The notes beneath the pieces are model-generated. The model saw only the letters and a program-made list of their open reading frames with translations, did not search any database and was not told the DNA's origin. This document shows positions 45,283 through 55,111 of a DNA stretch of 64,000 nt, in pieces; position 1 is the stretch's first letter; each line of letters starts with the position of its first letter. Both the position numbers and the translations under genes were made by a program. Source of the DNA: Candidatus Omnitrophota bacterium. Lineage in GTDB: Bacteria > Omnitrophota > Gorgyraeia > Zapsychrales > Fredricksoniimonadaceae. The DNA is taken from contig JADFXX010000001.1 in the NCBI GenBank assembly GCA_015233335.1, positions 6,302 through 70,301 on the forward strand, read 5' to 3'.

Positions 45283-45882
45283 TTGGATTTGTTATCAAAG
45301 CCCCACGGTCTTTATTGCCCTAATTGGAATTACTGTCCCCTTCCCTTTTTTTACGGCCATACGATCTATCTTTATGCCTATACATTGATCTTGATCCTCA
45401 CTCTTATCGCCTTATCTTTAAAATTAATCATCCCCTCTCAATTTAAAGTGTCCCTATCTGCCAGCTGTCTTAACATTTCGTTCTTTGTTTTCATTCTGTT
45501 GACCATCGCACAAACTTCAGGACAACACCAGTTTCTCTTACAACGCATGAACTTATATGCTAAGAGTTCCGCCGAAGATAAAAGGCTGCTTTTATTCCCA
45601 CGCACCTACCAATTTATTAAATTCACCTTAAACCACTTAAAAAACAACCATTACCAGGGAAAGTTAATAACCGATTTAGACGCCAGCATGACAGTGGAAC
45701 CTTTTATGCTTCAATACTATCTTTACCCTAAGATCGACCTTTATAAAAACACAAATCAACCGGACTGTTTGATCATATTCGATAAAGTGGCCCCTGAAAA
45801 ACTAGTCCCTAAGAATTTTAAAATTGTAGGTCTTTTTGATGAATACTGTTTAATCGCCACTCAAAAAAGAAATAATGAATGA
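45283..45882 (+). CDS. Membrane protein (199 aa) of unknown function
   Basis: AAGGAGG upstream of an apparent TTG start. Two or three hydrophobic segments followed by a soluble C-terminus. There is a 4-nt overlap with the next gene. Confidence 0.45.
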   Translation: MDLLSKPHGLYCPNWNYCPLPFFYGHTIYLYAYTLILILTLIALSLKLIIPSQFKVSLSASCLNISFFVFILLTIAQTSGQHQFLLQRMNLYAKSSAEDKRLLLFPRTYQFIKFTLNHLKNNHYQGKLITDLDASMTVEPFMLQYYLYPKIDLYKNTNQPDCLIIFDKVAPEKLVPKNFKIVGLFDEYCLIATQKRNNE

Positions 45883-47243
45883 TCGAAAACATCCTGGGTG
45901 CTGCGTCAGGGCTGCTATTCCCCGCTGTTTTAGGCTATAGCCTCATCCTTTTGATTTTTAAAGGCCCCCTTTTTAATTCTCTTTTGACACTGGCGCTCGG
46001 CTTTGGGCTGGGGCTAGGGATCATTACTCAGTGGATGCTATTCCTTTTAGTCATCCATTTTCCTTTAACATTTTGGAACATCTATATTCCTTTGTCACTT
46101 ATATTAGCAGTTCTATATCTCTTTTCACGTCATTGGAAGCAGCCGGCAACTCTTTCTTGGAAGCATTCTGAGGAAGCAAGAAACACCTTTCTGCAAAATC
46201 TGATATTCCTGTACTCTGCGGTTTTTGTCAGCTATCAACTCTATTTTATTTTTTACAATACGCTTCTCTTGCCCGTCTATACATGGGACGGGATTCTGGC
46301 TATCGTGTGCAAATCAAAATATTTATATTACAACGGCCAGCTGCCCGGGCTCAAGCTCTTCACAGGGACTTCTTATCCTCTCCATGTGGAATTAAGCCTG
46401 ACATGGATGGCAATCACTCATCGTGCCTGGGACGATCAAATGATCAAAATAATTTTTCCGGTCATGTTTGTGTGTTACTTGGTCATTCACATTTATTTTC
46501 TGAAATATTTTACGAACAGACAATGGGCCGCGGTCGGAGCCGCACTTCTGTGTTCGGCCTGTTTCCTGGATTTTCATGCGACGATCGAGTACCGCGCTAT
46601 TTTTCTTTTATATTACAATATAGTCCCCGTTCTTCTATTGATATTCTGGCATAAACAACGTCATGATGGTTTTCTGCTGTTGGCGGGACTTTTGGCGGGG
46701 TTTTCAACGTTCACGAAGCTAGAAGCCACCGGGCACAGCCTGATCTACATAATTTTATTATGGATCCTGCTAAATAACCTAAAATTACCCCTACGGGAAA
46801 AATTTCAAAAATTCATAAGATTCTTTCTGCCTATGTTGTTGATCTATCTTTTTTTCGTTACTATAAAAAGGACCCTCCATTTTTCTTTCATGGAAGGTCG
46901 TGAAGCCCTTTTGATTCCAGTCAATTATTTTGATCGTCTCAGGCAAATGATCAAAGGATTTGCTTACAATTTTTATTTTAGCACGAACTGGAACATCCTA
47001 TGGTTCATTCTAACGGTCAGTTTTATAAAGAATGGACATAGGATCAAAGACTGTTTCACGACCCTTATCTTGACGGTCACTCTTGGGATGTATATAGTTC
47101 TTTACATCGGGGTAGGATTACTGACACAGGCTTATGCGCAGCTCTTTTGCCTTGAGAATCTTTCGCGTGCTATTCTGCACTTTTTTCCGCTAGTACCGCT
47201 TCTGATCGTCCTAACCAACTTCGACGGCTCAAAAACCAAATAA
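45879..47243 (+). CDS. Polytopic membrane protein (454 aa), GT-C-like candidate
   Basis: About 12 TM segments. Divergently paired with the ArnT-like gene. No diagnostic motif. Confidence 0.5.
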   Translation: MIENILGAASGLLFPAVLGYSLILLIFKGPLFNSLLTLALGFGLGLGIITQWMLFLLVIHFPLTFWNIYIPLSLILAVLYLFSRHWKQPATLSWKHSEEARNTFLQNLIFLYSAVFVSYQLYFIFYNTLLLPVYTWDGILAIVCKSKYLYYNGQLPGLKLFTGTSYPLHVELSLTWMAITHRAWDDQMIKIIFPVMFVCYLVIHIYFLKYFTNRQWAAVGAALLCSACFLDFHATIEYRAIFLLYYNIVPVLLLIFWHKQRHDGFLLLAGLLAGFSTFTKLEATGHSLIYIILLWILLNNLKLPLREKFQKFIRFFLPMLLIYLFFVTIKRTLHFSFMEGREALLIPVNYFDRLRQMIKGFAYNFYFSTNWNILWFILTVSFIKNGHRIKDCFTTLILTVTLGMYIVLYIGVGLLTQAYAQLFCLENLSRAILHFFPLVPLLIVLTNFDGSKTK

Positions 47244-47245
47244 AG

Positions 47246-47318
47246 TGGCGGCGAGTGGATTTAAACCACTGACCTGTCGGGTATGAACCGAATGCTCTAT
47301 CAGCTGAGCTACGCCGCC
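47246..47318 (-). tRNA. tRNA with anticodon CAU (elongator Met, or Ile2 after lysidine modification). CCA is not encoded.
   Basis: Manual cloverleaf: GGCGGCG/CGCCGCC acceptor stem, GCTC/GAGC D-stem, anticodon loop TT-CAT-AC, AGTGG/CCACT T-stem, discriminator A. G1:C72 are paired, so it is not an initiator. D-loop AGCTGATA and T-loop TTTAAAT. Confidence 0.85.
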
Positions 47319-47378
47319 AAAACTCAATCTCAAGGAAAAATAATTCTAGTCGAGAAGAAAAGGATTAGCAAGTAATTT

Positions 47379-48773
47379 TTACCACTTCCCTGACTTACGT
47401 CTAGGGGCGGTCTTAAACACCTTAAGAGAATCCAGAGATTTTTGGATACTTTTTCGGGACACCTGCGAACTTTCAAGTTTGCCGTTTAAGTATTTTTCAT
47501 AACCGGACAGATCCAGAAGGCCGTGTCCGCTTAAATTAAACAGAATGACTTTCTGTTTGCCCTCTCTGGTGGCTTTTTTTGCTTCTTCTATAACGCAGGC
47601 TAACGCATTGCTGGTTTCCGGTGCGATAATAAACCCTTCGGTACGTGCCCACAAGATCGCAGCTTCATAACTATGCAGCTGGTCAACCGCATGCGGCCGC
47701 ATGAGCCCTTCGACAATGGCCTGACTGACCAGAGGAGCCATACCGTGATAACGCAAGCCTCCGGCATGAATGGCGGGAGGAATAAACTTATGGCCCAGCG
47801 TATACATAGGAAGAAGCGGTGTCATTCCGGCCACATCACCAAAATCGTAGGCGAACCGTCCTTGTGTCATCTTAGGGGCGGCCTCGGACTCAACCGGAAT
47901 AATATCTATCTTCTGGCCATGGATCTTATCACAGGTAAATGGAAACGCCAGCCCGGCAAAATTACTACCGCCGCCGGCACAACCGATGACGACATCCGGC
48001 TTTTTAATACCTATTTTTTTAAGTTGTTTCTGGGCCTCGAGGCCGATGATGGTCTGATGTAAAAGAACATGATTAAGCACGCTGCCCAAAGCATAGCGGG
48101 TTTTCCCGGATTTGTCCAAAACAGCTTCCTCGACCGCCTCACTAATGGCGATCCCCAAACTTCCCGGAGTATCCGGCATCCGAGCTAAAACATCACGGCC
48201 GGTCTGTGTTTGTTGGGATGGGCTGGCCACACAATTCCCGCCCCAGATCTGCATCATAACTTTACGCATGGGCTTCTGGTCAAAACTCACCCGCACCATA
48301 TAGATCTTGCATTCAAGCCCGAGCAGGTGGCATGCAAAAGATAAGGCTGTCCCCCACTGCCCGGCACCGGTTTCGGTTGTTAATTTCTTAATCCCGGCCT
48401 GTTTGTTATACCAGGCTTGCGCCACCGACGTATTGGTCTTATGGCTTCCGGAAGGCGATACGCTTTCGTCCTTGTAATAAATCTTAGCCGGTGTTTTAAG
48501 GTAGCGTTCAAGATGTATAGCCCGACGCAATGGGGAAGGGCGCCAGCGGTAAAGGATAGCGGCGATCTCTTGTGGGATATCGATCCAACGTTTTCGGCTG
48601 ATCTCCTGTTCGATAAGATTTTTAGGAAAAACCGCTTCCAGCATTTGCGGGCTCAAAGGCTTCCCATCGGGCGTTAAAGGCGGCAGCATAGGTGTCGGCA
48701 GGTCAGCGGCCAGGTTATACCATTTTTTGGGCATCTGAGAATCATTTAGGAAAATTTTAGTTTGATCCATCAA
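47379..48773 (-). CDS. trpB: TrpB2-type tryptophan synthase beta-like PLP enzyme, stand-alone
   Basis: SPSGSHKTNTSVAQAWYNKQAGIKKLTTETGAGQWG.. and GCAGGGSNFAG motifs. At 464 aa it has the long N-terminus typical of TrpB2. No trpA is adjacent. Confidence 0.85.
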   Translation of the reverse strand: MMDQTKIFLNDSQMPKKWYNLAADLPTPMLPPLTPDGKPLSPQMLEAVFPKNLIEQEISRKRWIDIPQEIAAILYRWRPSPLRRAIHLERYLKTPAKIYYKDESVSPSGSHKTNTSVAQAWYNKQAGIKKLTTETGAGQWGTALSFACHLLGLECKIYMVRVSFDQKPMRKVMMQIWGGNCVASPSQQTQTGRDVLARMPDTPGSLGIAISEAVEEAVLDKSGKTRYALGSVLNHVLLHQTIIGLEAQKQLKKIGIKKPDVVIGCAGGGSNFAGLAFPFTCDKIHGQKIDIIPVESEAAPKMTQGRFAYDFGDVAGMTPLLPMYTLGHKFIPPAIHAGGLRYHGMAPLVSQAIVEGLMRPHAVDQLHSYEAAILWARTEGFIIAPETSNALACVIEEAKKATREGKQKVILFNLSGHGLLDLSGYEKYLNGKLESSQVSRKSIQKSLDSLKVFKTAPRRKSGKW

Positions 48774-48807
48774 TTAGAAACCTTTCTCTTGATTGAGGCA
48801 GAATGAA

Positions 48808-50379
48808 TTACTTATTCGTTTCCAGTTTAACCACCAACTCATCTGCGGTACGACCGTCTTGCGGGTAATTAACGATATGAAAATTGAGGTCTTTCAAAGT
48901 CTTCAAGCTTACCCCTTGGCTCTTTTCCTCAATGATCTGACAGATCATTTGGGCTGTTAGGTTGACATGTTCTTTTTTGGTGTCCGGCAAAATAATATAG
49001 ACCCCGTTTTTCCCCAGCACAATCTGATCTGACACTCCCAAAAGGTGATTTTTAATCTGAGAGGTAAGATGAGTCAGCGATTCCTGGGGCTGTTGGCCTA
49101 ACCCAAATATTTTATAACCTATCAGGGCAAACGAATTATATTTCTTTATTTGCTCACCTAAACAAACGATCAAGTTCAAGTAATCTTCTTCAAGGATATT
49201 ATATTTAGGCAGCGTAAAAATAAATTTTGTGCCTTCCTGAAGAACGCTTTCCACATGGATCTTTCCGTCATGCCGTTCAATGATCTCTTTGGCAATGACA
49301 AGTCCTAAACCTGTTCCTTTCATGCCCGGGCCCGACTGTCTGCCGATCTGGTCGAATTTTGAGAACAATCGCGGCAGATCTTTAGGAGCAACCCCGATCC
49401 CTGTGTCCCTGACCGTGCACTTGACAGAAGATCCTTCGTCGATGACGGAGATCTCGATATAGCCTTTTTGAGTAAATTTATAGGCGTTTGCAACCAAGTT
49501 ATTCATCACCTGAATAATTCTTTGTTTATCGGCCAAGATATACATCTTTTGGTCCGGGACATCAAATTTAATTTGCAAGCCTTTCTTTTCTGTTTGGGGA
49601 AGAAAATTAAAAACAACTTCTTCGATCAAATCAATAATATCCACTTTTTCTTTATATATTTCAATTTTACCTTTTTCAATTTTAGAAATATCTAAAAGAT
49701 CATTGATAATCCTGATCAGGTAATCAATGTTCGTCAGCGAAGTGTTTAAATATTTATTTTGTTTTTCATTGATATCTCCCAGCAAGCCGTCCACGATCTG
49801 GCTGATGCTTTCACGAATGACCGTTAAAGGAGTACGCAACTCATGTGAAACGATATTAACAAAATCATCCTTGATCTGATTCAACTTCTCTAATTGCGCA
49901 TTTTTATTCTCCAGCTCTTTATAAAGAAGTTTGATCCCTTCGTTAGTTTTCTGAAAGGCCCATTCATAATCATCCTTGATCTTTTTAAGCCTGAGCTGGA
50001 CCGCGACCCTAGCTTTCATATCTTCCGCCACGATCGGTTTATTGATAAAATCAATGGCTCCCATCTCAAAACCTTTTAATTTATCTTCTTTATCCGATGT
50101 TGAGGAAACAAGGATGACCGGAATATCCCGAAAGGTATTTTTGTGGATCTCTTGCAAAAAAGAAAACCCGGTTTTATCCGGCAGATAAATATCTAATAAA
50201 ACAAGATCCGGCGCGTCGCCTTCAAAAGCCGCTTTAGCATCGATATAAGAGCCGACACTTCTAACCTCAAAATGCTCATTCATTTTTTTCAATAAATCCG
50301 CTAACAACACCCTGTCGCTCGGATTATCTTCGACGACTAAGATCTTAAATTTATTGAGTTTCATACGATCCAACGCCAT
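48808..50379 (-). CDS. Hybrid sensor kinase: N-terminal receiver, coiled coil, HisKA/HATPase core and a C-terminal ~130-aa unknown domain
   Basis: REC: ILVVEDNPSD..LLDIYLPD..INKP. H-box SHELRTPLT. N/G boxes NLVANAYKFT, DTGIGV, GTGLGL. No TM segments. Confidence 0.85.
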   Translation of the reverse strand: MALDRMKLNKFKILVVEDNPSDRVLLADLLKKMNEHFEVRSVGSYIDAKAAFEGDAPDLVLLDIYLPDKTGFSFLQEIHKNTFRDIPVILVSSTSDKEDKLKGFEMGAIDFINKPIVAEDMKARVAVQLRLKKIKDDYEWAFQKTNEGIKLLYKELENKNAQLEKLNQIKDDFVNIVSHELRTPLTVIRESISQIVDGLLGDINEKQNKYLNTSLTNIDYLIRIINDLLDISKIEKGKIEIYKEKVDIIDLIEEVVFNFLPQTEKKGLQIKFDVPDQKMYILADKQRIIQVMNNLVANAYKFTQKGYIEISVIDEGSSVKCTVRDTGIGVAPKDLPRLFSKFDQIGRQSGPGMKGTGLGLVIAKEIIERHDGKIHVESVLQEGTKFIFTLPKYNILEEDYLNLIVCLGEQIKKYNSFALIGYKIFGLGQQPQESLTHLTSQIKNHLLGVSDQIVLGKNGVYIILPDTKKEHVNLTAQMICQIIEEKSQGVSLKTLKDLNFHIVNYPQDGRTADELVVKLETNK

Positions 50380-50382
50380 GAT

Positions 50383-50760
50383 TTAAGGCTCCATAAGACC
50401 TTTGAGGGCATTAATTAAAGGCGCTCCGTCAGTGGTTTTAACACAAAAATCATCTGCGCCTGCAGTCCTGGCTTTGCTTGCATCCACGGCATCAACAATA
50501 CCCGTATAGATGACAACTTTTAAATTTTCGTCTATTTCCTTTATTTTTCTGCAAAGCTCAAAACCGTCCATATCCGAAAGTATAGTATCCAAGACCGCGA
50601 TACATGCCGGCTTTAACTCATTAGCTTTATCAACTCCCTCTTTCCCGTTCTGGGCAAAAACAAGGTCAACTCCGAGCCCGGCCTTGCGGACCGCCTCCTG
50701 GACAATGACCCGATCATCTGTATTAGCATCAACAACAAGCAATTTTAGCTTACCGGTCAT
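50383..50760 (-). CDS. Single-domain response regulator (CheY-like receiver)
   Basis: LLVVDANTDD..VLDTILSDMDG..VVIYTG..CVKT, 125 aa. Confidence 0.85.
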   Translation of the reverse strand: MTGKLKLLVVDANTDDRVIVQEAVRKAGLGVDLVFAQNGKEGVDKANELKPACIAVLDTILSDMDGFELCRKIKEIDENLKVVIYTGIVDAVDASKARTAGADDFCVKTTDGAPLINALKGLMEP

Positions 50761-50864
50761 TTCACAAATCCCTTTCTATTTCAAAAAACCTTTATAGATC
50801 CTAATTTTTTTAGACATCTAATATAACATGAATAATAATCCAAAGCAGGCAAAAAAGTCAAAAA

Positions 50865-52094
50865 CTAAAAGTCTGGACTCAATCGAACATCATCAATAAG
50901 GGCATCTTCCCCGTCGCAAGAAGGAGAGGTCAATAAACTAAGCCTTACGTCTCCTCCTCCATGATTTTCAAACCTAATAATGACGGTCTGCCCTTTATAT
51001 TTAGAAAGATCGACTTTTTGAGCATTCCACTCCCCGCTATAAATTTTTTCATAAACCGTTTCTTGGCCTGAGGGGCTTTTGATGACGACTTTTAAAAGGC
51101 CGTCGCTCCATTTTTTCTCTAATTCACTGAACAGAGCACTGTGTCGTGAAAACTGCAATACTATTTTATCCCATGGGGGCATTTTCACCTTTTTTTCGAT
51201 TGAGCTATACTTATCCCCTGCCCAATTGCAAGCCGGAAGATCAACCGACCCCTTATGTCCGAAGGCATCTGCCTTCCAAAAAACCTCCACGTCCCAGTTA
51301 TCCGAAGAGCCCTTGACCCAACCGTCAAAATTTTGATCAAAACTCCATACTGTCCTAGGATCGGCCGTCTGTCCTTCGGCATTAGTCACAGGAGGCATAA
51401 AATGCATATCCGTCTTAAGGGTAGCTGGAAGTGTGTCATGAGATTTGATCGTGACGGCAAAAATATCAGAAAAAGGCAGGTCAGCAAGCCAGCTGTCCAT
51501 GATTAAAAGGTCTCTAACGGGCTGGGTGGGTCTTGGGTTAACAAACCAGATATGGTACATGCTACAATCTTTACGAACAGGGTTATTGCCTATAGCTTTA
51601 ATTTGCCCCCCACCTTTCGACCATACAACTGTGGGCAGGTGAAACCAATCCCAGAACACAGGCACCGACAGCTTTTTATAGGCGCCATCCTGATAGACAA
51701 AGAGTGCGGTTACGGTGGCATAAAAATACTTATCACCGTAATAGTGCAGCAAAGCATCATGCTCGTAGCTATTGCTAAAATTACCCGATGCCAAAAGGTG
51801 GATTTCATCAAGCTTCATGCCGGAGCGTATAGGGATTGCAAAAATATGATTATCCTGAAGATCCAACCTCCCATAATCCTGCCAGTCAGGCGCCCCTTTG
51901 ACCAAAAAATCAACCCCGTCGCAGGTTAAATACTTCCTCATGAATTTATTAGCTCCGGCCCCGAGGGCCGCGAAGCTCTCCCTGGAATTCTTAGTTAAAA
52001 AGTAAAAATCCCCCTGGGATTCCCACTGAGAAATAGCCTCCCCATGAGCATTCCAGGAAAACGAAAACATAATAATAAACAACAATTTCTTCAT
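50865..52094 (-). CDS. Secreted protein of unknown function with a C-terminal beta-sandwich (CBM/galactose-binding-like) region
   Basis: Signal peptide MKKLLFIIMFSFSWNAHG, with the start trimmed to 52094. The C-terminal segment GQTVIIRFENHGGGDVRL..IDDVRL is reminiscent of carbohydrate-binding jelly-roll modules. Confidence 0.5.
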   Translation of the reverse strand: MKKLLFIIMFSFSWNAHGEAISQWESQGDFYFLTKNSRESFAALGAGANKFMRKYLTCDGVDFLVKGAPDWQDYGRLDLQDNHIFAIPIRSGMKLDEIHLLASGNFSNSYEHDALLHYYGDKYFYATVTALFVYQDGAYKKLSVPVFWDWFHLPTVVWSKGGGQIKAIGNNPVRKDCSMYHIWFVNPRPTQPVRDLLIMDSWLADLPFSDIFAVTIKSHDTLPATLKTDMHFMPPVTNAEGQTADPRTVWSFDQNFDGWVKGSSDNWDVEVFWKADAFGHKGSVDLPACNWAGDKYSSIEKKVKMPPWDKIVLQFSRHSALFSELEKKWSDGLLKVVIKSPSGQETVYEKIYSGEWNAQKVDLSKYKGQTVIIRFENHGGGDVRLSLLTSPSCDGEDALIDDVRLSPDF

Positions 52095-52098
52095 AGCA

Positions 52099-52641
52099 TT
52101 AACGGACAACTTCAACATCGATGATCCGGGCTTTCTGATGAATTTTAGTATCCAAAACTGATAACCGGCGACTATAAAATCTCATGGCATAGGTAAAAAC
52201 GATCAATAAGGACAACTGGCCTGCGATATCCCAAGATCCTTTGAACCCGGCCCCTAAAAGAGCCATGGGCGCCAAAAACTTAAAAAGAAAAGAAAAGAGA
52301 ATTCCCCAAAAACCAAGAACCCTGATCACAAAAAGAAAAGACATCATCCATGTGGTGACACCCAGAACATTGGACATCAAAATGGAATACCTGCACAGAT
52401 GGGGCCGATATTTTTTAATAAAAGACAAGGGAAGAACAAAACACAAAAAAAGCAAGATCAAGATTGCAGAAACGATCCCTAAAAACGGCAGCACCAATTC
52501 TGCGGCTTTCGCCACCCCCCAAAAGAAAACTAAACCAATAAAAACGATTCCCGCAATAAAGAAAAGAAATACGCCAATCCCTTTTAGGCCGCTATACATT
52601 TTTATCATTTTTTCTCGCAGGCTGTGGTCTAGATTTCTCAA
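52099..52641 (-). CDS. Small polytopic membrane protein (about 165-180 aa)
   Basis: Four or five hydrophobic segments. The true start is probably MIKMY or MYSGL (52608 or 52599), just after the upstream REC stop. Confidence 0.5.
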   Translation of the reverse strand: MRNLDHSLREKMIKMYSGLKGIGVFLFFIAGIVFIGLVFFWGVAKAAELVLPFLGIVSAILILLFLCFVLPLSFIKKYRPHLCRYSILMSNVLGVTTWMMSFLFVIRVLGFWGILFSFLFKFLAPMALLGAGFKGSWDIAGQLSLLIVFTYAMRFYSRRLSVLDTKIHQKARIIDVEVVR

Positions 52642-53011
52642 GCCAGAACAAAACTTCGTTTTTAAATTTTTCTATATCCGAACCCTTACCGATAAACCCG
52701 TTCATCCCTGCGGAAAAGCATTGATCATCAGTTCCATCGAAAACATTTGCTGAAACCGCAACGATTAAAACGCTTTTATCAATAAATTCCCTTATTCTCC
52801 TTGTCACTTGAAAGCCATCCATCACAGGCATCCTAAGGTCCATAAAGATCAGGTCATACTTATTTGCCTTAACTTTTTCCAAAGCCTCCTGACCGTCAGA
52901 TGCCAAATCAAGGCTGCATCCGTATTCTTCCACCATGAGCCTCATGTAGTACTGATTAGCATCATCATCTTCGACATACAAAATCTTCTTACGATTGGTC
53001 CCAAGGGTCAT
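52592..53011 (-). CDS. Single-domain response regulator
   Basis: ILYVEDDDANQ..IFMDLRMPVMDG..IVAVSAN, 139 aa. Confidence 0.85.
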   Translation of the reverse strand: MTLGTNRKKILYVEDDDANQYYMRLMVEEYGCSLDLASDGQEALEKVKANKYDLIFMDLRMPVMDGFQVTRRIREFIDKSVLIVAVSANVFDGTDDQCFSAGMNGFIGKGSDIEKFKNEVLFWLEKSRPQPARKNDKNV

Positions 53012-53020
53012 TCTTAAGTC

Positions 53021-55099
53021 CTAAGCTTTATCAAATTTTAATGTAAGTATAAATTCACTTCCTCGGCCAATTTCAGATAAGGCAAGAATATCACCGCCCA
53101 ATAGGGAGACTATTTTTTTTACAAAATACAATCCCAAACCCACCCCATCATAGGCTTTCCCTTCATAAAATTCATGAAACCTTGTAAACGATTCGAAAAT
53201 AAAAGGAAGCTTGTCGGCGGGGATACCGATACCCGTATCTTTCACGGAGACCCTCACCCGATATTGATCCGATTGTGACGGTTCTGGATAAGGAGCAACA
53301 GTCACCTTGATCTGTCCTTGTGGGGTATATTTGACAGCATTACTCAACAAATTATCAATAATCTGCTGCACCCTCAGCGCGTCTCCCTTCAAAGCCGGGA
53401 TTGTTCCTTTGACCTCCAGGGATAGGATCACATTCTTTGGCCCTAACTCGATGCGGGCCGCTTCAATAGAGCTCTCTAACAATTTATAAAGATCCAATTT
53501 CTCATATTTAAGCTCTATTCTTCCGGATTCTATTTTAGAGACGCTTAAAATCTCTTCGACCATGGTCATAAGGTGTCGGGCCCTCTGATTAATATAATAA
53601 ACACCCTTGCGATACTTTTCCTCTAGCTCCATAGAGTTTAGGGTATCGGAAAACCCGAGGATAGCGTGTAAAGGAGTGCGCAAATCATGGGAAATATTCA
53701 TCAAAAATTCCGTCTTATATCTATTGGCCGCCTCGGCCTTCTCTTTGGCAAGCCGCAAGTCTTCTTGGGCCTGCTTACGTTGTGTAATGTCGTGCATAAA
53801 AACAAAAATCTTATCTTTGGCGCTTTCTATAAAATTACAGCTGGCTTCAATATCAATAATTCTGCCGTCTTTACATCTATGCTTGGTCTCAAAGCGAACA
53901 GGCCCTGTCTCGAGGATCAGCCGTATCCGTTTTTGAACTGCTTCCTCTGATTCCAGAGCATCAACATCTTTGACCCCCATCTTAAGCAGTTCTTCGCGAC
54001 AATAGCCTATCATCGAACAATAAGCCCCATTGACGTCAATAATTCGCCCGTCTATATCAACCAGATAAAAGCCCTCCATAGCTGTCTGGAGAATGGCCTT
54101 ATGTTCCTCTCCCGCCATCTTACGCTCAGTAATATCTTGAGCAAAGCCGGATGTCCCTAAAATTTCGCCGGAAGAATCCATCACTGGGGTCTTAAAAGTC
54201 TCATACAATCTTCGAAACCCCTGATCTTCGATCAATTCTTCGCCTCTAAAAGGCTTCCCTGTTCTCATGACCTCGTTATCGTCAGCGCGGTATTTCTCGG
54301 CAAGTTCCTTGGGCCAGATATCAAAATCTGTTTTCCCGATAACGTCCAGAACATTGTCATGCCCACATCCATGCGCGAACTTGCGATTAATCGCAAGGAA
54401 TCTCCCTTCCTTGTCCTTAAACCACACCATGCCCGGCAGATTCTCAATAATGGCGTTGCGAAAACTGCTCTCACGCATCAATGCCGCTTCGGCGAGTTTT
54501 TGGTCTGTAATAATACGACAATTGATCACCACCCCCTTAATATCGGGATTATCCAGCTGATTTGTGCCCCAAGCTTCCAAATAAACCCAGCCACCATTTT
54601 TATGTCTATGCCGGTATTGAATTCCGCCGCCTTCTCCCTTGGTGATGATATCCAGAAAAGTATCCTTGACCTTCTTCTGGTCGTCAGGATGGATCATCTC
54701 TTCGATGACAGAGATATTCAGCAGTTGCTCGGGCTGAAAACCGAGTGTGTGGATCACAGATTTGCTGACATACCGCTGGATTCCATCAGCATCGAGAATA
54801 ACGATATTATCAAATGAATTTTCGAGGAGCTGATCGAACCAGCGCTCTCTTGACCTGAGCAGGTCATTACGCCGCAGATTAATCAAGACATCCCGACGAA
54901 TAAAAAAATAAAGCAGGATGGCCGTAATAAATACAAATATAAAGCCTTTAAATAAGGAGATAACGGTGATGATTTGCGGGTCATGAACAAGCGAGCCTAA
55001 GAGCGTATCGGAAAAGTAAATCCAAAGAAAGCTCACGACCGCATAAATGAGAACGATCCGAAAAGGCCCTAGTTGAAAAAACCAGCGTTGTTTTTTCAT
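53021..55099 (-). CDS. Membrane-anchored multi-PAS sensor histidine kinase
   Basis: Two N-terminal TM segments and about three PAS units (..GIQRYVSKSV.., ..EGRFLAINRKFA.., ..DGRIIDVNGAYCSM..). H-box SHDLRTPLHAILGF and ATPase boxes NLLSNAVKYT, DTGIGI, GVGLGL. Confidence 0.9.
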   Translation of the reverse strand: MKKQRWFFQLGPFRIVLIYAVVSFLWIYFSDTLLGSLVHDPQIITVISLFKGFIFVFITAILLYFFIRRDVLINLRRNDLLRSRERWFDQLLENSFDNIVILDADGIQRYVSKSVIHTLGFQPEQLLNISVIEEMIHPDDQKKVKDTFLDIITKGEGGGIQYRHRHKNGGWVYLEAWGTNQLDNPDIKGVVINCRIITDQKLAEAALMRESSFRNAIIENLPGMVWFKDKEGRFLAINRKFAHGCGHDNVLDVIGKTDFDIWPKELAEKYRADDNEVMRTGKPFRGEELIEDQGFRRLYETFKTPVMDSSGEILGTSGFAQDITERKMAGEEHKAILQTAMEGFYLVDIDGRIIDVNGAYCSMIGYCREELLKMGVKDVDALESEEAVQKRIRLILETGPVRFETKHRCKDGRIIDIEASCNFIESAKDKIFVFMHDITQRKQAQEDLRLAKEKAEAANRYKTEFLMNISHDLRTPLHAILGFSDTLNSMELEEKYRKGVYYINQRARHLMTMVEEILSVSKIESGRIELKYEKLDLYKLLESSIEAARIELGPKNVILSLEVKGTIPALKGDALRVQQIIDNLLSNAVKYTPQGQIKVTVAPYPEPSQSDQYRVRVSVKDTGIGIPADKLPFIFESFTRFHEFYEGKAYDGVGLGLYFVKKIVSLLGGDILALSEIGRGSEFILTLKFDKA

Positions 55100-55111
55100 A
55101 TGGGATATACC

